Both the position numbers and the translations under genes were made by a program. From NCBI GenBank assembly GCA_021325515.1, contig JAJPHC010000048.1, positions 6,742 through 70,741 of the forward strand: 64,000 nt of DNA. The letters run 5' to 3'. This stretch comes from Acidobacteriota bacterium. GTDB taxonomy: Bacteria; Acidobacteriota; Thermoanaerobaculia; Gp7-AA8. Below, in pieces: positions 30,125 through 39,089 of this stretch. The number at the start of each line of letters is the position of its first letter. Within the stretch, counting starts at the first letter, position 1. The notes under the pieces were generated by a model. The model was not told where the DNA came from. It saw nothing but the letters and a program-made list of their open reading frames with translations, and made no database searches.

Positions 30125-30590
30125 AGCGACACCCGCCGACGTCCCGCTCATCCTCTCGCTGATCCGCGAGCTCGCGCGTTACGAAAAGCTCGAGCACTCG
30201 GTCGTGGCGACGGAAGACATCCTTCGCGAATCACTCTTCGGACCGCGCGCCTATGCCGAGACGCTGATCCTCGAAGATCAGGAAGGCCCGCAGGGCTTCG
30301 CGCTCTTCTTCCACAATTTCTCGACGTTCGTCGGGCGGCCGGGGCTGTATCTCGAAGATCTCTTCGTGAAGCCCGAGGCACGCGGGAAAGGTTACGGAAA
30401 GGCGCTGCTCGCAAGGCTCGCTCGCATCGCGAGGGATCGCAACTGCGGACGGTTTGAATGGTCGGTCCTCGACTGGAACGAACCTTCCATTCAGTTCTAC
30501 AAGTCCCTCGGCGCTGTCCCGCTCGACGAGTGGACGATGTACCGGGTGGCGGGAGACGCGCTCGAGCGGCTGGCGGCGATGGATCGATGA
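30111..30590 (+). CDS. GNAT N-acetyltransferase (diamine acetyltransferase-like)
   Basis: LYLEDLFVKPEARGKGYG, WSVLDWNEPSIQFY. Confidence 0.93.
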   Translation: MQIREATPADVPLILSLIRELARYEKLEHSVVATEDILRESLFGPRAYAETLILEDQEGPQGFALFFHNFSTFVGRPGLYLEDLFVKPEARGKGYGKALLARLARIARDRNCGRFEWSVLDWNEPSIQFYKSLGAVPLDEWTMYRVAGDALERLAAMDR

Positions 30591-30631
30591 TCGGACGGAC
30601 GATCAATGCTATCCTCACAGCCCCTCAGCAT

Positions 30632-30706
30632 GCGGAGTTAGCTCAGTGGTAGAGCTTCTGCTTTACACGCAGGGGGTCGGGGGTTCGAATCCCTCACTCC
30701 GCACCA
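30632..30706 (+). tRNA. tRNA-Val(TAC)
   Basis: Cloverleaf: AGCTCAGTGGTAGAGC D arm, TTTACAC anticodon loop, GTTCGAATC T loop, encoded CCA. Confidence 0.96.
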
Positions 30707-30712
30707 GACACC

Positions 30713-31087
30713 ATGCTTTCACTCAGGCGCACCAAACGGGTTCTTCTGCTCGATGACGATGCCGCGATTCAGCGGCTCGTGGCGTCGATCCTGAAGTCCG
30801 CCGGCTTTCGCACCGACGTCGTCGACAAGGGCTCGCTTGCGATCGAGAAGCTCGAGAAGACCGAGTACGACGCGATCCTGCTCGACCTCATGATGCCGAC
30901 CGAGGGAGGCCTCACGGTCGTGAAGCATCTGCGTGCGCACAAACCGGAGCTCCTCAAGCGAGCGCTGCTCCTGACCGCGACGCCGGAGTCGGTCGTGCGC
31001 ACCGTCGAGGGCGAAGTCGCGGGCGTGGTGCACAAGCCGTTCACGCGCGAACAGCTCGTCGATGCGGTGACGCGAGTCGCGAAGTGA
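30713..31087 (+). CDS. Single-domain response regulator
   Basis: LLLDDD, LLDLMMP, HKPF. Confidence 0.9.
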   Translation: MLSLRRTKRVLLLDDDAAIQRLVASILKSAGFRTDVVDKGSLAIEKLEKTEYDAILLDLMMPTEGGLTVVKHLRAHKPELLKRALLLTATPESVVRTVEGEVAGVVHKPFTREQLVDAVTRVAK

Positions 31088-31461
31088 AGCCTCTCCGGAT
31101 GACCGCGCTGCCCGGCAGCTACGCCGTCTGCCGGCTCGAGGCTAACCATCCGTTGCCGCAGTGGGCCGCCGGCTCGTTCGTGTCGATCACGCGCACGAAC
31201 GAAGAGCTCTCGGTCGTCTGTGAAGAGGGAGCGGTTCCCCCCGATGTCCGCGCCGAACGCGACTGGGGCCTCCTGCGGGTCGAGGGACCGATTCCCTTCG
31301 AAGTCACCGGCGTTGCGGCCGCGATCGCGGTGCCGTTGGCGAACGCAGGCATCAGCGTGTTTCTCATCGCCACGTTCGATACCGATTACCTGCTCGTGAA
31401 GAGCGAGTCGTACGCGCAGGCCGTCGACGCGCTGCGGGCCTCGGGCATCACGATCGTCTGA
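31084..31461 (+). CDS. ACT domain protein
   Basis: SITRTNEELSVVC, GISVFLIATFDTDYLLVK. Confidence 0.9.
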   Translation: MKPLRMTALPGSYAVCRLEANHPLPQWAAGSFVSITRTNEELSVVCEEGAVPPDVRAERDWGLLRVEGPIPFEVTGVAAAIAVPLANAGISVFLIATFDTDYLLVKSESYAQAVDALRASGITIV

Positions 31462-31463
31462 GA

Positions 31464-32552
31464 CTACGCCAGCTCGCTTCCGCTCCTCCGGATCCGGAAC
31501 GACTGCTTGTAGATGTCGATGACCGACATCAGCAGCGAGAAGACGAGCGGCCCGATGACGAGTCCGATGAAGCCGAACGCCTGCATCCCGCCGAGGACGG
31601 CGAACAGCAGCGGGATCGCCGGAAGCTGCGCCTTGCCTTTCATCGCCCATGGCCGCACGACGTTGTCGATGGTCGAGACGACGAGCACGCCCCACAGCGC
31701 GAGGAAGATCGCGTAGCCGGTCGAACCGGCGACGAACAGGTAGATGGTCGCCGGGACCCAGACGACCGCGACCCCAACCATCGGCAGCAGCGAGAGAATC
31801 GTCGCCACCGCACCCCAGAATGCGGCGCTCGGAATGCCCGCGATCGCCAGTCCGATCGACGTCGCGGCACCCTGCGCGATCGACGTGACCAACTGCCCGC
31901 GGAACGTCGCGTCGATCACATCCTTGAACTTCGCTGCGAACTCGCGGTCGTAGCGCTCCGGCAGCGGCGAGAGAATCGCCAGCTCCTCGAGAATCGCCTC
32001 CCCTTCCACATAGAAGAAAAAGGAGGAGAGCAGCACGAGAAAGAATCCGACGACCACACCCGCAACGCTGCCGATCACTGCTCCGCCATTGGCGGCGAAC
32101 CACGCCGGCACCTTCTGCACGACGGGGAGAATCAGCGCGCGCGGATTGACCTGCGAGGGATCGAACGAGGGAACGAAGCGCGTGACCCACTGCAGCCGGC
32201 CGGCGAGATCGAGCTTCTCCATGATCTTCTGCGTCTCGGTCGCCTGCAGGTGAGGTATCAGTTCCCTCGCCTGCTGCACGAGCAGTGCGACGGCGAGGAC
32301 CGTAGGGAGGATCAACACCAGCGTCACACCGGCGAGCATGGTGATCGCCGCCCAGGTATCGCTGCCTCGCATGCGCGCGCGGAGGCGCCTGTACAGCGGG
32401 AACGTCAGCGTGACGAGGATTGCTCCGATGATGATCGCGGAGAGAAACGGCCAGATGATCCGAACGGCCGCCCAGAGAATCGCAATCGCCAGGAGGCCGA
32501 AGAAGATGACGCCAGTGACGCGCCACTCCCGCCGCTTTTCCAAATCATCCAT
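31464..32552 (-). CDS. AI-2E family transporter (copy 1)
   Basis: Multi-TM; IDNVVRP, GGMQAFGFIGLVIGP; ATG 32552 preceded by TAGACT. Confidence 0.92.
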   Translation of the reverse strand: MDDLEKRREWRVTGVIFFGLLAIAILWAAVRIIWPFLSAIIIGAILVTLTFPLYRRLRARMRGSDTWAAITMLAGVTLVLILPTVLAVALLVQQARELIPHLQATETQKIMEKLDLAGRLQWVTRFVPSFDPSQVNPRALILPVVQKVPAWFAANGGAVIGSVAGVVVGFFLVLLSSFFFYVEGEAILEELAILSPLPERYDREFAAKFKDVIDATFRGQLVTSIAQGAATSIGLAIAGIPSAAFWGAVATILSLLPMVGVAVVWVPATIYLFVAGSTGYAIFLALWGVLVVSTIDNVVRPWAMKGKAQLPAIPLLFAVLGGMQAFGFIGLVIGPLVFSLLMSVIDIYKQSFRIRRSGSELA

Positions 32553-33627
32553 CAACAGAGTCTACGACGCGGAACGACTCCTTGTAGATTTCGATGATCG
32601 TCGCGAGCAGCGAGAAGACGAGCGGTCCGATGACGAGGCCGAGAAACCCGAACGCCTCCATGCCGCCGAGGACGGAAAAGAGGAGAGGAATCGCGGGCAA
32701 CTGCGCCTTTCCTTTCATCGCCCACGGCCGCACGACGTGATCCATCGAGGAAACGATCGCCGTTCCCCAGATCGCGAGAAAGAATGCATGGCCGTGCGCA
32801 CCCTGAACGAAGAGATAGATCGCCGCAGGCGCCCAGACGATCGCGGCGCCGACGACAGGCACCAGCGACATGATCGATGCGACCGCGCCCCAGAAGATCG
32901 CGGCAGGCACGCCGGCAATCGCGAGTCCGATGGCGGTCGTCAGACCTTGCGCGAGTGATGTTCCGATCTGGCCGAGGAACGTCGCGTCGATCACGTCCTT
33001 GAACTTCGACGCGAATGCGCCGCGATAGCGCGACGGCATCGGTGAAAGAACCGACAGCTCTTCGAGGATCGATTCGCCTTCGACGTAGAAATAGAACGCA
33101 GCGAGGAGGACGAGCCCGAAGCCGATGACGATGCCGGCGACACTGCCGAGCATCGCGCCGCCATGTTCCGCGACCCAGCCCGGGATGTTCTGTACGACCG
33201 GCAGGATCAGCCGCCGCGGGTTGATCGCAGACGCATCGAATCCCGGCGCGAACCGATTCACCCACCGCAAGCGGTCCGCGAGGTCGAGCTTCTCCATGAT
33301 CTTCTGCGCCTCGATCGACTGCAGATGAGGGATGAGAGCGTTCGCCTGCTGCACGAGCAGCACCGCGAGAACCACCGCCGGAACGATGATCACGAATGTG
33401 ATCGAGAGGAGCATCGTCATCGCCGCCCACGTGCTGCTTCCGTGCAGGCGCGCACGAACGCGGCGGAACGCGGGAAACGTCACGGTGGCGAGAATGGCGG
33501 CGATGATGATGGCCGAGAGAAACGGCCAGAGAATGCGCGCGGCCGCTCCCAGGATGACGATCGCGAGGAGGCCGAAGAAGACGATGCCGGCAACGCGCCA
33601 CTCGCGGTTCGATTCGTAATCGTGCAT
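32545..33627 (-). CDS. AI-2E family transporter (copy 2)
   Basis: Colinear paralog of 31464-32552. Confidence 0.92.
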   Translation of the reverse strand: MHDYESNREWRVAGIVFFGLLAIVILGAAARILWPFLSAIIIAAILATVTFPAFRRVRARLHGSSTWAAMTMLLSITFVIIVPAVVLAVLLVQQANALIPHLQSIEAQKIMEKLDLADRLRWVNRFAPGFDASAINPRRLILPVVQNIPGWVAEHGGAMLGSVAGIVIGFGLVLLAAFYFYVEGESILEELSVLSPMPSRYRGAFASKFKDVIDATFLGQIGTSLAQGLTTAIGLAIAGVPAAIFWGAVASIMSLVPVVGAAIVWAPAAIYLFVQGAHGHAFFLAIWGTAIVSSMDHVVRPWAMKGKAQLPAIPLLFSVLGGMEAFGFLGLVIGPLVFSLLATIIEIYKESFRVVDSVDG

Positions 33628-33660
33628 CGGCCAACAGTATCGCGGTTCGCGCCACCGCGA

Positions 33661-33865
33661 GCGGTTACGCGGGCTCGCGGTTACGCAGGCTCGCGGTTAC
33701 GCGGGCTCGCGGTTACGCGGGCTCGCGGTTACGCGGGCTCGCGGTTACGCGGGCTCGCGGTTACGCGGGCTCGCGGTTACGCGGGCTCGCGGTTACGCAG
33801 GGTTCGCCAGGGCAAAGAAACGCGATGGTCTTACCGCGAGCCCGCGCGCCCGCGCGCCCGCGAAC
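33661..33865. repeat. 16-bp (2x8) tandem repeat with a short inverted arm
   Basis: 8 full copies of GCGGTTACGC(G/A)GGCTC at 33661-33788 plus a partial copy; inverted CCGCGAGC/CCGCGCGC octamers at ~33834-33865. Confidence 0.9.
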
Positions 33866-33873
33866 CCCGAGAA

Positions 33874-34533
33874 TCAGCTCACGCCGAGATCGACGATCCC
33901 CATCCTCGCCGCGCACACGACCGCTTCGGTCCTCGTCGCCACGCCGAGTTTGCCGAGGATTCCGTTGACGTGGAACTTCACGGTGTGCTCGGTGACGTGG
34001 AGCCTCTTCGCGATCTCCTTGTTCGTCTGCCCCGAGGCGAGGAGCTGCATCACTTCCTGCTCGCGCGCGGTCAGCGGCTCGAGCAGCTCGCGGGCTGCTC
34101 TCGGCTGGTGGAGCACCAGCGGTGCGAGCGCGTCGTCGATGATGACGGTGTGCTCCGCGGCTGCGATGAGTGCGGCGTGCATGCGCCGCGGCGGCGCATC
34201 GCGCAGAAGCACGCCATGCGCGCCCGCGGCCAGCAGCTCGGCTGCGCGCGCCGCGTCATCGATGAGCACGACGACGGGCGCATCGAGCTGGCGAAGATCG
34301 CGCGCCGACTCGCTGTCGCAGAGGATCGCGTCGGGACGCGACACGCGAACGCGCGACACGAGAAAGTCGTCCGCCTCGAGTTGCTCGACCGAGAAGTCCT
34401 CGAACGAGCCGGCGATGGAGGTCATGCCGGTGCGGCTGGCGAGATCGCGCGCGATGATCGCAACGCGGAATCGTTCCGGCACCGCAGCAACGGCTGGTTT
34501 TGCTACCGCGAGAAAGCGTGATTGCGTGGCCAT
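33874..34533 (-). CDS. NarL/LuxR family response regulator
   Basis: LTAREQEVMQLLASGQTNKEIA...TVKFHVNGILGKLGV. Confidence 0.92.
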   Translation of the reverse strand: MATQSRFLAVAKPAVAAVPERFRVAIIARDLASRTGMTSIAGSFEDFSVEQLEADDFLVSRVRVSRPDAILCDSESARDLRQLDAPVVVLIDDAARAAELLAAGAHGVLLRDAPPRRMHAALIAAAEHTVIIDDALAPLVLHQPRAARELLEPLTAREQEVMQLLASGQTNKEIAKRLHVTEHTVKFHVNGILGKLGVATRTEAVVCAARMGIVDLGVS

Positions 34534-34590
34534 AGCTCAACCTTTATCCCATGCAACAACATCAGATTCCCTGCGTTATCATCCGCCCGC

Positions 34591-35133
34591 TTGAAAATTA
34601 CCGAAACCTCACTCCCCGGCGTTCTTCTCATTGAACCGAAGCTGTTTCACGACGAGCGCGGCTTCTTCTTCGAAACCTATCACCGCGAGCGCTTCCGCGA
34701 GGCAGGAATCTCCGGCGAGTTCATGCAGGACAACCAGTCGCGCTCGCGCCGCAATGTCGTGCGCGGCCTTCATTATCAGGAGCCGAACGCGCAGGGGAAG
34801 CTCGTGCGCTGTGTGCGCGGCGCCGTGTGGGACGTCGCCGTCGACGTGCGCGAAGGCTCGCCGACATTCGGCCGCTGGTTCGGCACCGAGCTCAGTGACG
34901 AGAATCACCGGATGCTCTGGATCCCGTGCGGATTCGCCCATGGATTCTGCGCGCTCACCGACGCCGACCTCACCTACAAGTGCACAGGATTCTGGGCACC
35001 GAGCTGTGAGCGGACGATTCTCTGGAACGATCCGGAACTCGCGATTGCCTGGCCGATCGATCTCTCGCAGGCGATCGTGTCGGCCAAGGACCAGGCAGGC
35101 GTGCCGCTCAGCAACGCAGTCCGAGCCATGTAG
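34591..35133 (+). CDS. rfbC: dTDP-4-dehydrorhamnose 3,5-epimerase
   Basis: TTG 34591; DERGFF, QDNQSRS, RGLHYQ, GFAHGF, SAKD. Confidence 0.95.
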   Translation: MKITETSLPGVLLIEPKLFHDERGFFFETYHRERFREAGISGEFMQDNQSRSRRNVVRGLHYQEPNAQGKLVRCVRGAVWDVAVDVREGSPTFGRWFGTELSDENHRMLWIPCGFAHGFCALTDADLTYKCTGFWAPSCERTILWNDPELAIAWPIDLSQAIVSAKDQAGVPLSNAVRAM

Positions 35134-35197
35134 GACAGGCGCCCCCGCCTGTCGCTCCATGGACTCGAACGGGACAGGCGGGGGCGCCTGTCCTACA
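35129..35197. repeat. GTAG-type REP doublet
   Basis: TGTAGGACAGGCGCCCCCGCCTGTC ... GACAGGCGGGGGCGCCTGTCCTACA; supplies the rfbC TAG stop. Confidence 0.85.
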
Positions 35198-35334
35198 CAA
35201 ATCTGGCGGGAATCTTCACAAATCTCGATGTTTCGCTTCTGCGAACTTCCTCATCCAACTCCCTTCGCGTGACTTAGCGAAGCGGCATGCGTGGCTGTGC
35301 GCGTGCAGCGTGGCCCCCGGGCATGGAGGGAGAC

Positions 35335-37309
35335 ATGGGAAAACGAATCGCAGCAGTCTTTCTTGTCCTCATCACCGGTGCCTGCAGGTCGGCTGATCCG
35401 AAGAAGCCGCAGGAGACGAATGCGCGCGCGACGAAGATCGTTTCGACGGTCGCACTGCCGAACGCGCGCGGCTCGACGATCGATGGACTCGTCGAGCTTG
35501 GCGGCAGTCCGCTGCCCGGCGCCACGATCACGATCAGCGGCCCGCAGCTCCAGGGTGTCCGCATCGCGGTGTCCGACGCGAACGGCAGGTACCACTTCGT
35601 GCAGCTTCCGGAAGGCGACTACTTCGTGCGGGTCGAGATGGAGAGCCTCCAGGCTTCGACGCGCATGGTGCACGTGGCGAGTCAGGTAACCATGCACGTC
35701 GCGACCTCGATGAAGCTCGGCGCGGTCGCGGAGGCTATCACCGTCACCGCTGCGGCGCCGGCGGCGCTCGAGAGCGGCAGCGTGCAGTTCAGCGGACCGC
35801 CGCGAAGCAGCGGCTACATTCCGGTGGAATCGCTGCCCGTCTCGCGCAGCATCGAGACGACGGCAGCCATCGCGCCGAACGGCGCACCGGCGTACGCACC
35901 TGCCTTCACGGCAGCGCAGGAGCTGGCGCCCGTCCCGGAATACGCACCGCTCCCGGAGAATGCCTTCGCGAAGACGGCCGACGCGCGCACGACGACCTTC
36001 GCGATCGACGTCGATCGCGCCTCGTACGCCAACGTCCGGCACATGCTCAGCAACAACACGATGCCTCCCCGCGATGCGGTGCGCATCGAGGAGATGGTCA
36101 ACTACTTTACCTATTCGTATCCGCAGCCTTCGGACAGCCGCCCCTTCAGCGTGACGGCCGAGGTGGCGGGGTGCCCGTGGAACCTGACGCATCGCGTGTT
36201 GCGCGTCGGCATTCAGGGCCGCACGACGGACGAATGGCAGATGGCGGCGAACAATCTCGTGTTCCTGATCGACGTCTCGGGCTCGATGGAGCCGCCGGCG
36301 CGCCTGCCGCTCGTCAAATCGGGATTGCGCATCCTCGTCGACCATCTCCGCGCGCAGGACAGCGTGGCGATCGTCACCTACGCCGGCGCGGCCGGCCTCG
36401 CGCTGCCTCGCACATCAGGCGCCGACAAGGCGGCGATTCTGGCGGCGCTGGATCGCCTGCAGTCCGGCGGTTCGACGGCGGGCGGCGCCGGCATCGAGCT
36501 CGCGTACAAGGTCGCGCAGGAGAACTTCATCACCGGCGGCAACAATCGCGTGATCCTCTGCACCGATGGCGATTTCAACGTCGGCATCACATCGCCGGAA
36601 GATCTCGAAAAGCTGATCACCGAGGAGCGCGAGCATGGCGTGTTTCTCACGGCGATCGGCGTCGGCGACGACAACTTCAAAGACGCGCGGATGGAGATGC
36701 TCGCCGACAAAGGCAACGGCCAGTATCTCTATCTCGACAAGCTTGACGAGGCGCGCAAGGTGTTCGTCCATGAGTTGACCGGGACGCTGGTGACGATTGC
36801 GAAAGATGTGAAGGTGCAGCTCGAATTCGAGCCGTCGCAGGTGGCCGAGTACCGACAGATCGGTTACGAGGATCGCTCTCGCGAACAAGGATTTCGAGGA
36901 CGACCGCAAGGATGCCGGCGACCTCGGCGCGGGCCACTCGGTGACCGCGTTGTACGAGCTCGTGCCGGCGCCAACGGCATCGGCGACGGGCAACACCGCC
37001 GTGCTGCGCCTTCGCTACAAGCAGCCGCAGGGAACGGCGAGCGAGTTGATGGAGACCATGATCCGGGACGACGGCACGAGCGCGTATGCGGCATCGCCCG
37101 ACATGAAGTTCGCGCTCGCGGTGGCGGAGTTCGGGATGTTGCTGCGCAACTCGCAGTACCGCGGAACGGCGACGTACGCTGACGTTCTCGCGCTGGCACG
37201 CGCGGCGCGCGGCGCCGATCTCGAAGGCTGGCGCGACGAGTTTCTGCGGATGGCGGAGACGGCGAGGGGAATCAGCGGAGAAGCCCCGCCTGCCATCGCC
37301 GGAAAGTGA
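35335..37309 (+). pseudogene. vWA domain protein (YfbK-like) with N-terminal carboxypeptidase-regulatory-like domain; frameshift at ~36877
   Basis: DVDRASY, DVSGSM (MIDAS), TDGDFNVG; after IGYEDR the expected LANKDFEDDRKDAGDLGAGHSVTALYE continues in another frame to the stop at 37309. Confidence 0.85.
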
Positions 37310-37357
37310 ACGTTTGAGGGCGCCGGACAGGATGTGCCCGGCGCCCTGCCCAAATCC

Positions 37358-37386
37358 TTGACAGCATCTCCCCCACCCTTTACGAT
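37358..37386 (+). promoter_or_regulatory. Sigma70-type promoter for tRNA-Asp
   Basis: TTGACA (37358-37363), 17 nt, TACGAT (37381-37386). Confidence 0.8.
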
Positions 37387-37441
37387 GCGCGCTCTTCGGG
37401 AATGAGGCTGTTCGCACTCTGGTTCTTGAAGTTCCCTGAGC

Positions 37442-37518
37442 GGGGTCGTAGTTCAGTCGGTTAGAACGCCGGCCTGTCACGCCGGAGGTCGCGGGTTCGA
37501 GCCCCGTCGGCCCCGCCA
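37442..37518 (+). tRNA. tRNA-Asp(GTC)
   Basis: GGGGTCG acceptor stem, CTGTCAC anticodon loop, GTTCGAGCC, encoded CCA. Confidence 0.96.
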
Positions 37519-37691
37519 ATCTCCCGGCAATTGATTCAGCTTACTTCCGAACGCTGATTCGCCACCTCAGCCACTCCATTCTGCGGGATTTCTCGCGCGC
37601 GTGCGGCGCTGTTTCGCCAGGGCTTGAACGCGACGGGCAACTGAGGAAGGGAGGCTAACGATCTGGCGGACACTTCTCTGCACGGAGAACG

Positions 37692-39050
37692 CTATTGCCT
37701 CACGAGTTCGACTCGCCGGTTCTGCGCCCGCCCGATCTCGCTGTCGTTGCTGGCGATCGGCTTTGTCGCGCCGAAGCCGGCGGTGCTTAGCCTCGCTCCT
37801 TCGATCCCGGCCGCCTGCAGATACGCCTTGACCGAAGAGCCGCGTCGTTCGGAGAGATCCTGGTTGTGCTCAGGCGTGGAAGTCGAATCGGTATGACCCT
37901 CGATGGTGACCTTCCATTCCGGCTTCGCCTTCAGGATCGTGACGATCTTATCCAGCGTAGATTTCGATTCGTCCCGGATGCGATCGGAGTCGCTATCGAA
38001 GTTGATGCCATAGACCCGTGCGCGCCCGAGTTTTTCCAGGTCGCTCGACAGTTGTTGTTCAACGCCTCCGAGCCAGTGCGGACATGACCCGGTTTCGCTG
38101 CTCTTTCTCGGTCCGGTCAGCAGCCTCTCCGTATATGCCTGGCTGCCGGCATTCCACCACACTCCAATCGCCTGTTTCGCATCGGCGGTGAGGAGCAGAA
38201 TCCCGGAACCCATTTCCTTGCTCTCCTCACCTCCGCTCTGCTCGAACCACGTGAGCTTTGCGATATGCCCTTCAATTCCGCCTCTGATCAGACCCCGGCG
38301 ATTTTCGTAGCAGCCGGTCAGCGACGTTCCTTCCTGCTTCAGGTGGAGTCCTCCCGTGAATTCGAAGTCGTAAGTACCGCTCAAATCGGCCGGAGCCGTG
38401 TGCGTCAGCTGTGTCCCATAGGCGCGGAATTCGTTGAGCTCGATCGTGCTGTCGGTATCCGCGGTGTGATTGTTCCTCACCGTCAGGCGTACCCATCGCG
38501 CGGGAACCTCGGCGGAAACGGGAAAGAGCTGGTTGTTCACGCGGTCCTGCAGCGACACGTCAGCGATTTTCTGAAAGCCATCACTCTCGCTCGTATCCGA
38601 GACCTCGACGGTGATGTCTTTGGCACTGCAGCCCTTGAATTGTGATTCGGTACTGGCGTTGTCGAACTCCATCGTCTTCAGCAATGTCTTTTCCGGCAGA
38701 GCGATGACGATGGTCTGTGGGCTCACCACGCCGCGGTCGGTCGCCCACAGGCTTGCCGGATTCTCGTCCAGCAACGCGTAGGCTGACTCCGATTGCATCC
38801 ACTCACTCGGCCTCTTCACGATGTACGCACCTGCCGAGAGTGCGACAAGGCTTGCGGGCTTCTGGCGGTCGGACGTCTGTGCGGCCGGAGCCGCCGCTGC
38901 ACGCGTTGCGGCAGCACCGCCCGCCTGTGTGCCCGTAGCGCTCTGCGGATTGGCGCTCCCGCCGGAATTCTCTTTCGAGCAGCTTGCTGGCAGCAGCAGC
39001 GCCGCGCAGATCAGCAGCACGATCGGCAACCTGTGACTTCGGCCGCGCAT
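37692..39050 (-). CDS. OmpA-family lipoprotein with discoidin-like domain
   Basis: Lipobox LPASC; ARWVRLTVRNNH...IELNEFRAYG; OmpA IEGHTDS...NQDLSERR...NRRVE. Confidence 0.9.
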   Translation of the reverse strand: MRGRSHRLPIVLLICAALLLPASCSKENSGGSANPQSATGTQAGGAAATRAAAAPAAQTSDRQKPASLVALSAGAYIVKRPSEWMQSESAYALLDENPASLWATDRGVVSPQTIVIALPEKTLLKTMEFDNASTESQFKGCSAKDITVEVSDTSESDGFQKIADVSLQDRVNNQLFPVSAEVPARWVRLTVRNNHTADTDSTIELNEFRAYGTQLTHTAPADLSGTYDFEFTGGLHLKQEGTSLTGCYENRRGLIRGGIEGHIAKLTWFEQSGGEESKEMGSGILLLTADAKQAIGVWWNAGSQAYTERLLTGPRKSSETGSCPHWLGGVEQQLSSDLEKLGRARVYGINFDSDSDRIRDESKSTLDKIVTILKAKPEWKVTIEGHTDSTSTPEHNQDLSERRGSSVKAYLQAAGIEGARLSTAGFGATKPIASNDSEIGRAQNRRVELVRQ

Positions 39051-39089
39051 GTCTTCTCCTCTTCTTCTCTTCTTCTCGCCTCGCGATCG

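Noticed and set aside
33661-33801. CRISPR or coding repeat (ORF 33163-34521)
   Set aside because: Contiguous 16-bp tandem repeat without spacers; the ORF is an antisense shadow of real genes.
34591-35133. O-antigen/rhamnose biosynthesis cluster
   Set aside because: rfbC stands alone; no rfbA/B/D or glycosyltransferase genes are adjacent.
36864-37309. Programmed ribosomal frameshift in the vWA gene
   Set aside because: No slippery sequence or obvious stimulatory structure; a simple indel is more likely.
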